The translations under genes and the position numbers were made by a program. From NCBI GenBank assembly GCA_944393325.1, contig CALXZU010000001.1:35209-99208 (forward strand): DNA of 64,000 nucleotides, in the 5' to 3' direction. A model generated the notes under the pieces. That model was not told the origin of the DNA. It searched no databases and saw nothing but the letters and a program-made list of their open reading frames with translations. Each line of letters starts with the position of its first letter. Position 1 is the first letter of the stretch. Below, in pieces: positions 19,967 to 29,940 of the stretch. Source of the stretch: an uncultured Clostridia bacterium (GTDB taxonomy: Bacteria > Bacillota > Clostridia > TANB77 > CAG-508).

Positions 19967-20368
19967 ATGAAAAAAGAATTGATTATTTGCATTGTAATTT
20001 TTACTTTAATAGTAATCGGAAATATTATAACTCAAAATTATACAAAACAGTCAGTAGATAATTTATCAAATAAATTGGAGGAATTAAAAGAAAATATATA
20101 TGGAAAAATTAAAGAAGATAATAAAGAAAATGAAGATTTAATAGAAGAAGTCGATAACATAACGAAGAATTGGGAAACAAGACATGATAAACTTGCGTAT
20201 TATATAGAACATAATGAGTTGGAAAAAGTAGAAGATAATTTAACAGGATTAAATAGTTTAGTAAAAACAAATCAATATCCAGATGCAATAAAAGAGCTTG
20301 ATAAATGTGTTTTTATTTTAAAACATATAGAAGAAAAATATGCATTTAATTTAGAGAATATATTTTAA
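19967..20368 (+). CDS. DUF4363-like small membrane-anchored protein
   Basis: ATG 19967 follows AAAGGTG. One N-terminal TM helix, then a helical domain. Commonly paired with DUF421. Confidence 0.55.
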   Translation: MKKELIICIVIFTLIVIGNIITQNYTKQSVDNLSNKLEELKENIYGKIKEDNKENEDLIEEVDNITKNWETRHDKLAYYIEHNELEKVEDNLTGLNSLVKTNQYPDAIKELDKCVFILKHIEEKYAFNLENIF

Positions 20369-20435
20369 AAGGCAAAGCTATTTAAGATAACTTTGCCTAA
20401 TATTAGATTTTTTTCTTTTTTTGTTTTAGTCTATT

Positions 20436-22820
20436 CTATTTTTCTGTATTAATCTTGGCATATTTCTTCAATTTTTCATAAACTAAACGATTTACAGTAC
20501 CTGCTGGAAAATGTCCGTCTTTATCTCTTTTACCTGCTGGAACACCTGTTAAAACTTCGATTCCCTCTTCAATTGTAGAAATTGCATAAACATGGAACTT
20601 TTTGTTTTTTACGGCATCAATTACTTCATCTGATAATTGCAAATTATCTACATTTTGAACAGGTATCATAACACCATGAGAGCCATCTAAACCACGTACT
20701 TTACACACTTGGAAATATCCTTCAATTTTTTCATTAACACCGCCAATCGGTTGTATTTGACCTTTCTGGTTAACTGAACCAGTAACAGCAATTGATTGAT
20801 TAATAGGAATGCCAGATAAACTAGAAAGTAAACCATATAATTCAGTACTTGAGGCACTATCTCCATCAACTCCATTATATAATTGTTCAAAACAAATACT
20901 TGCTGTTAAACATAAAGGCATATCTTGTGCAAACATTTCACCTAAATATCCAGTAAGGATCAAAACACCTTTTGAATGAGAAGGACCAGAAATTTCAACT
21001 TCTCTTTCTATATTTACAATACCACTTTTTCCTGTATAAGTATTTACAGTGATTTTTGCAGGTTTTCCAAAAGTATAATTACCAATAGACATAACAGTTA
21101 GACCATTTAATTGACCTACTTTATATCCTGATGTATCAATCAAAAGTGTGTTTTCTTTAATCATTTCTAAATATTTTTCATCATATTTTTTGACTCTTTC
21201 AATTCTTTCGGCCAAGGCTTTATTAATATATTTTTCAGTAACTACTTTAGATTTAGAAAGTTTTGCCCAAGTAGCAGCTTCACCGACTACTTGCATCAAA
21301 TCATCAAACCTTGTTGAGACTTTACTGTGACTACCTGCAAGTTTTGATGAATATTCAACTAATCGAGCCATTGCGTTTTTATCTAAACCAGGTAATTCCT
21401 GGTGTTCACAAAAACCATGAATAATTTGTGCAAGTTTATTCAAATTTTCGTCATTAATTTCAGCGGTTTCTTCAAATTCAACTTTTATTTTAAATAGTTT
21501 TCTAAAATCAGAATCCATTGAAAGTAATGTTTGATAAATATTACTATTTCCAATCAAAATAACTTTTAAATTTAAAGGTATTGGTTCTGGTTTTAAAGAA
21601 ATGAGAACCATAGAGTTACGTTGTTCTGCATGATTTTCAATACCAATTTCTTTAATTCTTAAGGCTTTTTTTAATGCTTCATAACATGCACCATTTGCAA
21701 GTAAATCTTTTGCTTGGAAAATAATATATCCGCCATTTGCTTGTTGTAATAAACCAGGCTTTAACATTGTGTGATCTGTTTTTAAAGAGCCATAATAATT
21801 TTCGTATTCTAAAGCACCAAAAATATTATTATAAGAATAATTAGAATCCATAATAACAGGTGCACCTTCTCTATTTGAATTATCAATAAATAAATTAACT
21901 CTATAATTTAAACATGGATCAGGTTTTCTCATTGCAGGATTTGGTTGCATAGCTTGTACTTTTTCTGGATCTTCTAAAAATGTAGGTATATTTTTTAAAA
22001 CATCAGTTTTTACATCATTTAAGAATTTATTTAATTTTTTATTTCTTTTATATTTAGACTTCAAATAATTTATATGAACATTTACAGTAAGAAGAGCAAC
22101 ATTTGATTGCCATTCTGATATCTTTTTATCTGAAGCACGTTCGATTTCCTTTATTTGAGAAATTGTGTTCATTATTTGTTCTTGAACTATTAGAGATTTT
22201 TCTTCATATTCTTTTTTAATTTCATCAGCTAATTTATCAAATTCTTCTTCTTCAATAACTCTACCATCAACAATAGGCATCATGTAAATACCATTTTGAG
22301 CGGTTTTTACTTGGAAATTATTTTTAGATGCATCTTGGTTTAATTTATCGAGTAAAGCAGATCGTTTTGCTTCAAATTGTTGTTTTATTAGTGCCTTTTC
22401 CTTTTCAAAATCATCATTATTAAAAGTTTTTTTGATATCTTTTCTGATTTCTTTGATAAAACCTTCCATAGCTTCTTTGAATTCTTTACCTTGTCCGGCA
22501 GGAAGTTCTACAGCTATTGGTTCATTAGGATTATCAAAATTATAAATATAACACCAATCAGATGGAACTTTTTTCTTTGATGCAAGTTTGTTTAAATAAT
22601 TTTTAGTGTATAAAGTTTTACCAACTCCACTTGGACCTTCAATATAAATATTGTAACCTTTTACATCTACTTGTAATCCGAATTCTAATGCTTTAATTCC
22701 TCTATCTTGACCTATTCCATCTTGAATAGCTTCTAAATCAGAAGTTGTGTCAAAATCAAAAACATTAGGATTACAAGTCATTTTTAAATCTTTGTAATTC
22801 AATTCATTTTTATTTTTCAT
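20436..22820 (-). CDS. Lon-like AAA+ ATPase / S16 peptidase family protein
   Basis: 794 aa. Walker A GPSGVGKT and a C-terminal Lon protease domain (GDSASSTELYGLLSSLSGIPINQSIAVTGSVNQKGQIQPIGGVNEKIEG). Confidence 0.85.
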   Translation of the reverse strand: MKNKNELNYKDLKMTCNPNVFDFDTTSDLEAIQDGIGQDRGIKALEFGLQVDVKGYNIYIEGPSGVGKTLYTKNYLNKLASKKKVPSDWCYIYNFDNPNEPIAVELPAGQGKEFKEAMEGFIKEIRKDIKKTFNNDDFEKEKALIKQQFEAKRSALLDKLNQDASKNNFQVKTAQNGIYMMPIVDGRVIEEEEFDKLADEIKKEYEEKSLIVQEQIMNTISQIKEIERASDKKISEWQSNVALLTVNVHINYLKSKYKRNKKLNKFLNDVKTDVLKNIPTFLEDPEKVQAMQPNPAMRKPDPCLNYRVNLFIDNSNREGAPVIMDSNYSYNNIFGALEYENYYGSLKTDHTMLKPGLLQQANGGYIIFQAKDLLANGACYEALKKALRIKEIGIENHAEQRNSMVLISLKPEPIPLNLKVILIGNSNIYQTLLSMDSDFRKLFKIKVEFEETAEINDENLNKLAQIIHGFCEHQELPGLDKNAMARLVEYSSKLAGSHSKVSTRFDDLMQVVGEAATWAKLSKSKVVTEKYINKALAERIERVKKYDEKYLEMIKENTLLIDTSGYKVGQLNGLTVMSIGNYTFGKPAKITVNTYTGKSGIVNIEREVEISGPSHSKGVLILTGYLGEMFAQDMPLCLTASICFEQLYNGVDGDSASSTELYGLLSSLSGIPINQSIAVTGSVNQKGQIQPIGGVNEKIEGYFQVCKVRGLDGSHGVMIPVQNVDNLQLSDEVIDAVKNKKFHVYAISTIEEGIEVLTGVPAGKRDKDGHFPAGTVNRLVYEKLKKYAKINTEK

Positions 22821-23163
22821 TTGTTTCCTCCATATTTTTTCTTATTATATCCATATCAGAATTATTTTATATTACTTAATAAAAAAAGTAAATAAAAATT
22901 TATTTTTTTTTGAAAATTATTTGATTTTCTTAAAAAAATATGATAAGATATATTTACTTTATATTTAAACATTAATATAAAGTAAACATTATTTTATATT
23001 TTATTTATTTTACTTAATTTATTTATTTTTATTATTTTTTTATTTATTCAAATTTTTTCGAAGAATCCAAATGATTTTTAAAGAAAATTTGAAAAAATAT
23101 TTTTACTATTGACTTTATATGAATACAATGGTAAAATAAATTTGTAAAAGAGGAGGTGGTTTA

Positions 23164-23565
23164 ATGGAAGAAAAAATTTTATCAATTCTTTTAGAAATGC
23201 AAGGAGATATAAGTGACTTAAAAACAACAGTGGGAATTATGCAAAATGATATTAAAAACCTAAAAGAATCTCAAGATAGAATGCAAGCAACTCAAGACAA
23301 AATGCAAAAAACTCAAGACAAAATGCAAAAAGCTCAAGATAGAATGCAAAAAGCTCAAGACAGAATGAATGTAGAAATACATGAAATAAGATTTGAACTA
23401 GCAGGAATGAAGAGTGTGCAAGAAGAAATCTTGGATAAATTAAGAATTAGCAATTTAAATCAAGGACAAATTTTAGAAAAACTATCAAAATTAGAAGAAG
23501 AAAATGCTAAAGAGCATAAAGAATTCGATACAAGAATTAAAAGACTTGAAGCAAAAGCCGTATAA
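23164..23565 (+). CDS. coiled-coil protein with about five tandem 7-aa (21-bp) repeats
   Basis: QDRMQAT/QDKMQKT/QDKMQKA/QDRMQKA/QDRM encoded at about 23275-23370. The N-terminus MEEKILSIL is paralogous to ORF 54912. Confidence 0.6.
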   Translation: MEEKILSILLEMQGDISDLKTTVGIMQNDIKNLKESQDRMQATQDKMQKTQDKMQKAQDRMQKAQDRMNVEIHEIRFELAGMKSVQEEILDKLRISNLNQGQILEKLSKLEEENAKEHKEFDTRIKRLEAKAV

Positions 23566-23739
23566 ATTACGCTTGCTTAGGGGAAAATATATAGGGCGTA
23601 TAAGCTCGTTTATTTGAAAAAAATAAATGAGTTTTTTTGTTTTTGGAATAGATGTTCAAAATAACATAAAACTATTGCAAAGTTTTAGAAAAATATATAT
23701 AATAATAAATAGTTATCACAAGGTGAAGGGTGGTAAAAA

Positions 23740-24315
23740 ATGAATAAAACAAAAAGAAAGATATTTGAAACTTCAATGAAGCTATTTGCAGAAAAAGGTT
23801 ATGAAGCTACAAGTATAGAAGAGATAACAGCAACAGTAGGTGTAGCAAAAGGAACATTATATTATCATTTCTCAAGTAAAGAAGAAATATTTAATTTCTT
23901 AATTGAAGAGGGAATGAAATTATTACAAAATAGTATTGATATAAAGACAGCAAAATTTCCTAATTATATAGATAAAATAAAAGCAATCGTATTAATTCAA
24001 ATAAAAATAGTATTTAAATATGAGGATTTGATAAAAATACTTCTTAGCCAATTTTGGGGAAATGAAACAAGAAATATAACTTGTAAGAAATATATTTTAT
24101 CATATATTAGTAAAATAGAAAAAATAGTAAAAGAAGGAATTGAAAAAGGGCAGATAAAAAATGGAAATCCACAAGTAATTGCTTCAGAAATATATGGACT
24201 GATATGTTCAACATTAGTTTGTAAAATAAGGAGCAAAGAAGATATAGATATTATGAAATTATATAAAGAGTTTGAGAATACTATAATAGAAGGTTTAAAA
24301 GAAAAGGGGAAATAG
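23740..24315 (+). CDS. TetR/AcrR-family transcriptional regulator
   Basis: N-terminal HTH KIFETSMKLFAEKGYEATSIEEITATVGVAKGTLYYHF. Confidence 0.85.
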   Translation: MNKTKRKIFETSMKLFAEKGYEATSIEEITATVGVAKGTLYYHFSSKEEIFNFLIEEGMKLLQNSIDIKTAKFPNYIDKIKAIVLIQIKIVFKYEDLIKILLSQFWGNETRNITCKKYILSYISKIEKIVKEGIEKGQIKNGNPQVIASEIYGLICSTLVCKIRSKEDIDIMKLYKEFENTIIEGLKEKGK

Positions 24316-24318
24316 GAT

Positions 24319-26031
24319 ATGAGAAAACCAATTCATAAATTTATCGAATATAAAGATTTAAAAGATATGCTTAAAATATCTGGAGAAAAATACGGAAATA
24401 GACCGGCATATATTTTTAGAACAGATACACCTGGAAAATTCAGAGAAATTACACATAAAGAATTTAGAGATGAAATAAATGCTTTAGGAACTAAATTGGT
24501 AGAAATGGGACTAAAAGATAAAAGAATTGCAGTTATATCAGAAAATAGATATGAATGGGGTGTTGATTATTTAGCTACTGCAACAGGAACAGGAGTAATA
24601 GTGCCACTTGATAAAGCACTTCCAGATAATGAAATAGAAAGTTTAATAATTCGTTCAGAAGTAGAAGCAATATTTTATTCAAAAAAATATGATGAAGTAA
24701 TGAATAGAATAAGAGAACAAAAAAATACAAATCTTAAATATTTTATTTCAATGGACTTAAGTAAGGAAGAAAATGGTGTATTATCACAAAAAGAATTAAC
24801 AGAAGAAGGAAGAAAATTAATAGAACAGGGAAATAGAGACTTTTTAGATAGCGAAATAGATAATGAAAAAATGGGAATAATGTTATTTACCTCAGGAACA
24901 ACAGCTATTTCAAAAGCGGTTATGTTATCACATAAAAATATTTGTAGCAACCTTCAAGATATAACATCAGTAATAAAATTAACACCGGAAGATAGATTTT
25001 TATCATTTTTGCCATTACATCATACATTTGAATGTACAGTAGGATTCTTATATCCAGTGTCTACAGGTGGTTCAATTGCATTTTGTGATGGAATACGTCA
25101 TATTGCAGAAAATATAAAGGAATATCAAATAACAGCAATGATATCAGTTCCAATACTTTTTGAAACAATGTATAGAAAAGTGATAAAGGGAATTGAAAAA
25201 AAAGGAAAATTAGAAACAGTAAAAAAAGGAATTAAGATTAGTAATTTCTTATTGAAATTTGGTATAGATATTAGAAAAAAATTATTTAAAGAAATACATG
25301 AAACATTAGGCGGAAAAGTAAGATTATTTGTCGCAGGTGGAGCAGCATTAGATCCAGAAGCTGAAAAAGGTTTTAATGATTTAGGATTTACAATGTACCA
25401 AGGGTATGGATTAACAGAAAGTTCACCAGTTATTGCTGCAGAAGACGATAAATATAGAAGATTAGGTTCAATTGGAAAAGCATTTCCAAGTTTAGATGTA
25501 AAAATAGATAATCCTAATGAAGAAGGAATAGGAGAACTTTTAGCAAAAGGTCCTTCAATAATGCTTGGATATTACAATAATGATGAAGCAAATAAGGAAA
25601 CATTAGAAGATGGATGGCTTCATACTGGAGATTTAGCAAAAATAGACAAAGATGGTTATATATTTATTTCAGGAAGAAAGAAATTTGTAATTGTTCAAAA
25701 AAATGGTAAAAATATTTACCCAGAAGAATTAGAAATTTTAATAAATAAAATTGAAGGTATAAAAGAAAGTTTTGTATATGGCAAACCAGAAGATGATGGA
25801 GACTTTAAAATAGCAGCAAAAATTGTTTATGATAAAGAAAATGCAGAAGAGATTTTTGGAACAACAGATGAAGAAAAAATCAAGGAAAAAATATGGGAAG
25901 AAGTAAAAAAAGTAAATAAACAGATGCCTGCTTATAAATATGTAAGAGATATAATTGTTACAGATAAAGAATTAATTAAAACAACAACGCAAAAAGTAAA
26001 AAGAGCAGAAGAAATTAAAACAGTTTTATAA
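24319..26031 (+). CDS. AMP-forming long-chain acyl-CoA synthetase
   Basis: AMP-binding motifs LFTSGTTAISKAVMLSH, YGLTESS, TGDLAKIDKDGYIFISGRKK. The start lies 4 nt after the stop of the TetR gene (3-nt gap). Confidence 0.85.
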   Translation: MRKPIHKFIEYKDLKDMLKISGEKYGNRPAYIFRTDTPGKFREITHKEFRDEINALGTKLVEMGLKDKRIAVISENRYEWGVDYLATATGTGVIVPLDKALPDNEIESLIIRSEVEAIFYSKKYDEVMNRIREQKNTNLKYFISMDLSKEENGVLSQKELTEEGRKLIEQGNRDFLDSEIDNEKMGIMLFTSGTTAISKAVMLSHKNICSNLQDITSVIKLTPEDRFLSFLPLHHTFECTVGFLYPVSTGGSIAFCDGIRHIAENIKEYQITAMISVPILFETMYRKVIKGIEKKGKLETVKKGIKISNFLLKFGIDIRKKLFKEIHETLGGKVRLFVAGGAALDPEAEKGFNDLGFTMYQGYGLTESSPVIAAEDDKYRRLGSIGKAFPSLDVKIDNPNEEGIGELLAKGPSIMLGYYNNDEANKETLEDGWLHTGDLAKIDKDGYIFISGRKKFVIVQKNGKNIYPEELEILINKIEGIKESFVYGKPEDDGDFKIAAKIVYDKENAEEIFGTTDEEKIKEKIWEEVKKVNKQMPAYKYVRDIIVTDKELIKTTTQKVKRAEEIKTVL

Positions 26032-26088
26032 AAAATAAAGTAATGGGAAAAGTTAGAAAATGCTTTTCCCTAATATATTTTTTAGGTT

Positions 26089-26116
26089 TGTAATATTTTT
26101 GTAATATTTCTGTAAC
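26089..26116 (+). promoter_or_regulatory. triple direct repeat TGTAAT-N5-TGTAAT-N5-TGTAAC (WalR-box-like)
   Basis: Hexamers at 26089, 26100 and 26111 with an 11-bp period, 112 bp upstream of ATG 26228. Confidence 0.45.
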
Positions 26117-26227
26117 AAAAAAATAATATAAAAATTAATAGTATTATCTTGTAGTTTTTTGTTGCTTAATGTATAATAATAAAGAAAGCAAAGGTAAATA
26201 CGCGTAAGATAAAGGAGGTAATTTACA

Positions 26228-27091
26228 ATGTCTAAATCTGGCATAGTAAATGTGAGAATGGTTATCACAGAAGAGAAAATATTGATGAATATAGAAAAAG
26301 TACAAAAAATGATAAATCCTAAAAGCAAAAAACAGATTGTACAATTAGAAGATGATACATATTTTAAGGATTTAGTAGAATCTATAAAAACATATTTAAT
26401 TGAATATCCAAAAAAGAAAAATTTTCCAGCAAGTGTTTATAAAGCAGCTTATGGATTAGTTGAGTTTGCTACAAATCAATTTGAAGAGAATACTAAGAAA
26501 ATAGAAGAATTGATTAGACAAAGAGAGCAAAATATTGCTTTAGCAGGAAAATTAAAAGAAGCATTAGAGGCGGTAGAGGCAAAAGATGATGACTGGAAAA
26601 CTCAAGTTAAAAATATAGAGGAAGATTTTTCAGAAGATATAATAGAAACATTAAATATTGTAGGAAAATCTAAGAGTTCAAAATCACAAAATTACCAAGA
26701 TGCAATGAAATTATTAAATGCTAGAGTAAATAATTTAGAATCTAATTTACATATAGAAATAGATATGGAAAGAATTGAAGATAGATCTAAAGCATTAAGT
26801 TATATTGGAATAGAAATAGCAGATGCTTTAAAATCTATTCCAACACCAGTAGAAGAGGTACAACAAGTAGAACAGCCACAAACAGTACAAGAACAACAAG
26901 AAAATGTTGTAATGCCAACTCAAGAACAATATGTAGAAGCAACAACATTTGAAGCTAAACCAAGTTTATGGCAAAGAATTAAAAATAGTAAATTTGTAAG
27001 AGCTATAAAAGCAATTACAAGAATAAGAATAGTATTTGATTATTCAGATGCACTTCCAGAAGGAAGAGGAGAAAATACAGGAAATCAATAA
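26228..27091 (+). CDS. hypothetical coiled-coil protein with a Gln/Glu-rich segment
   Basis: AAAGGAGG RBS. 287 aa. No family recognised. Confidence 0.6.
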   Translation: MSKSGIVNVRMVITEEKILMNIEKVQKMINPKSKKQIVQLEDDTYFKDLVESIKTYLIEYPKKKNFPASVYKAAYGLVEFATNQFEENTKKIEELIRQREQNIALAGKLKEALEAVEAKDDDWKTQVKNIEEDFSEDIIETLNIVGKSKSSKSQNYQDAMKLLNARVNNLESNLHIEIDMERIEDRSKALSYIGIEIADALKSIPTPVEEVQQVEQPQTVQEQQENVVMPTQEQYVEATTFEAKPSLWQRIKNSKFVRAIKAITRIRIVFDYSDALPEGRGENTGNQ

Positions 27092-27123
27092 AAACAAAAT
27101 AAACCAGAAACACAATTTCTGGT

Positions 27124-27594
27124 TTATTCTATTTTTCCACAAGCGATTTTAATTCCGGAATTGCCACTTGGTTGTGATGTAAAATCATCAGGCATATCAT
27201 GTATAATAATTACCTTACCAATTATTTCTGATATTTTAAATTTGTCTATTAATACACACATATATGCAAAACCATTATTTTCTAAAAGTGGCGGAAGATC
27301 TCCCGAATGGAATGGATGTTTACAATTATTGGGATTATAATGAGATTTTGCATTTGAGAATTCATCATTTTCATTTCCAGAACAAGATATTCCTTCATGA
27401 ATGTGCAATCCGAAAAATTTTCTTCTGCATTTATCTTTAGAAGTTGGGAGATTATTTACCATAACAGTGATTAGAATTCCAAGTTTAGTTTCTTTAAAAA
27501 ACATTTCTCCATTAATATTAGGATATAGTTTTCCACCTATAATTTTTGCTTTTGCATTATAAAAAATGGGTTCATACATATTTCCATACCTCAC
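27124..27594 (-). CDS. Cu/Zn superoxide dismutase-family protein without a signal peptide
   Basis: FGLHIHEGISCSG ... HYNP ... HSGDLPPL ... IIIHDMPDDF resembles the SodC metal-binding core. Confidence 0.65.
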   Translation of the reverse strand: MRYGNMYEPIFYNAKAKIIGGKLYPNINGEMFFKETKLGILITVMVNNLPTSKDKCRRKFFGLHIHEGISCSGNENDEFSNAKSHYNPNNCKHPFHSGDLPPLLENNGFAYMCVLIDKFKISEIIGKVIIIHDMPDDFTSQPSGNSGIKIACGKIE

Positions 27595-27723
27595 ATTTTT
27601 ATAATATGCATAAAAAAAAGAAATTGTTAATAAAATAAAAACAAGAAAAGACAGAAAAATCTATCTTTCCTTAAAATTGTTTAATAAAATTTTTTATAGA
27701 AAATCTTTAAATTGTTAAAATTT

Positions 27724-29577
27724 TTACACTTCCATAATTATTGGTATTATCATTGGGTTTCTTTTTGTTTTTGCAAAAACATAATCTTTTAAATTATCTC
27801 TTACTGTTGATTTTATAGTTGCCCAGTCTCTAACACCTTTTTCTTCACATTTTTTAATTTCATGCCTTACAACTGATTTTACTTCTTCCATCAAATTTTC
27901 AGACTCTCTTACATATACAAAACCTCTTGATATAACATCTGGACCTGCAACAACTTCTCCTGTTCCTGAATCCATTGTTAGAACTATTATTATTAAGCCA
28001 TCTTGTGATAAATGTTGTCTATCTCTAAGTACGATATTTCCAACATCTCCAACACCTAGGCCATCTACTAAAACTCTACCATTTGGAACAATTCCAGTAA
28101 ATGCAGATCCTTCTTCATTAATTTCTAATATTTTACCATTTTGCATCATTATTATGTTTTCTTTTGGTATGCCCATACTTTGAGCGGTTTCACTATGAGC
28201 AATTAATTGCCTGTACTCACCATGCACTGGTATAAAATATTTTGGCTTTGCTAATGCTATTATTAATTTTTGTTCTTCTTGGCATGCATGTCCTGACACA
28301 TGTACATCTTCCAATGAGCTATACACAACTTCTGCACCTATTTGCATTAAATCGTCAATTACTTTAGATACATATTTTTCATTTCCAGGTATAGGAGTTG
28401 CTGAAATTATTATCAAATCATTAGGTGTAATTTTTACTTTTCTATGCTCTCCTGCGGCCATTCTTGTTAATGCTGACATTGTTTCTCCTTGACTTCCTGT
28501 TGTGATTATAACTAATTGTTCATCTGGATAATTTTTGATCATATCTATATCTATAAATAGATTTTCTGGACAATCAATATAACCTAATTCTCTTGCTGTT
28601 GTAATCATATTTATCATACTTCTACCACATACTGCAATCTTTCTTCCATATTTTATTGCACAATTTACTATTTGCTGTACTCTATGAACATTTGAAGCGA
28701 ATGTTGCAACAACTATTCTTTTGGTACAATGTAAAAATAATTTATCAAAAACATCTCCGACAGATTTTTCTGACATTGTAAATCCTTTTCTTTCACTATT
28801 GGTGCTATCAGACATCAAAGCTAAAATTCCTTCATGGCCTAGTTCAGCAATTCTACCTAAATCCATTAACTTTCCATCTATTGGCGTGAAATCTACTTTA
28901 AAGTCTCCGGTGTGCAAAATAGTTCCGGCAGGAGTAGTAATTCCAAGCATAACTGAATCTGGAATACTATGTGAGCTTCTTATAAATTCTACTTTAAAGT
29001 TTTTTCCTAAGTTGATAGTTTGACCTTGATTTACTTCTATCAATTTTGTAGAATTAACTAATTTGTGCTCTTCTAATTTATTTTTTATCAATCCTGCTGT
29101 TAATTTAGTAGCGTAAATTGGCACATTAATCTTTTTCAAAAAATATGGAATTGAGCCTATGTGATCTTCATGTCCGTGAGTTATAACAAGTCCTTTTATT
29201 TTATTTATATTTTGTTCCAAGTATGTAATATCAGGTATTACTAAATCAACTCCAAGCATATCATCTTCTGGAAAAGATAAGCCACAGTCTACTACTATCA
29301 TTTCATTTTCATATTCGAAAACAGTTATATTTTTTCCTATTTCATGTAAACCACCTAATGGTATAATTTTTAATTTTGGCGTTTTGAATATTTCTTTACT
29401 AATATTTCTGTTCTTTTTTTCTACTCTTGCAGTTCTTCTTGATGTTCTTGTTTCACCTTCTTTTTTCTCAATATTTTTTCTTTCTGTTTTTTTACTGTTT
29501 GTTTTTCTTATTTGTGAGCTTCCATTTTTCTTTCTCACATTTTTTTCTTTGTTTTTTTCTAATTTTTCTTCTGACAT
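27724..29577 (-). CDS. rnj: ribonuclease J
   Basis: Metallo-beta-lactamase HGHEDHIG, beta-CASP and C-terminal domains. Carries an unusual Lys/Arg-rich N-terminal extension of about 65 aa. Confidence 0.95.
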   Translation of the reverse strand: MSEEKLEKNKEKNVRKKNGSSQIRKTNSKKTERKNIEKKEGETRTSRRTARVEKKNRNISKEIFKTPKLKIIPLGGLHEIGKNITVFEYENEMIVVDCGLSFPEDDMLGVDLVIPDITYLEQNINKIKGLVITHGHEDHIGSIPYFLKKINVPIYATKLTAGLIKNKLEEHKLVNSTKLIEVNQGQTINLGKNFKVEFIRSSHSIPDSVMLGITTPAGTILHTGDFKVDFTPIDGKLMDLGRIAELGHEGILALMSDSTNSERKGFTMSEKSVGDVFDKLFLHCTKRIVVATFASNVHRVQQIVNCAIKYGRKIAVCGRSMINMITTARELGYIDCPENLFIDIDMIKNYPDEQLVIITTGSQGETMSALTRMAAGEHRKVKITPNDLIIISATPIPGNEKYVSKVIDDLMQIGAEVVYSSLEDVHVSGHACQEEQKLIIALAKPKYFIPVHGEYRQLIAHSETAQSMGIPKENIIMMQNGKILEINEEGSAFTGIVPNGRVLVDGLGVGDVGNIVLRDRQHLSQDGLIIIVLTMDSGTGEVVAGPDVISRGFVYVRESENLMEEVKSVVRHEIKKCEEKGVRDWATIKSTVRDNLKDYVFAKTKRNPMIIPIIMEV

Positions 29578-29940
29578 AAAATCTCCTTTCTATATATTAA
29601 ATTTTCAAATTTTATTAATTACTATAACCAGAAAAACTGGTACCTAAAAATTATGCATCGAAAAAATAAGTTTATAGAAAATAGTTTTTACCTATTTTAT
29701 AAACTCTATTTTTTATTTAGTTATCCGCTCTTTAAATAATTATTACCTAAATATATTTTTTGATACATATTTTAGGTTAAAACTTTAATAAAATCTCATA
29801 TTTTAGCTTTTTGTAGCTAACAATCGATTATTATTATACTATGTTTTATTCAAAATGTCAAATTTATTGCAATTTGACATAATATAGAAAAAATGATAAA
29901 ATATATCTGTAGTTGTACATTTATATTTAGGAGGTTTGAT

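Noticed and set aside
20436-22820. Lon-like protease considered as a BREX BrxL-type defence component.
   Set aside because: No methyltransferase, PglZ, BrxA/B/C or other defence genes are adjacent. Its neighbours are DUF421/DUF4363 and an orphan coiled-coil gene.
23275-23370. Regular 21-bp tandem repeats here and at 54964-55095, considered as a possible CRISPR array or non-coding VNTR.
   Set aside because: There are no spacers. The repeats are contiguous, in frame, and encode heptad coiled-coil units inside ORFs with an RBS.
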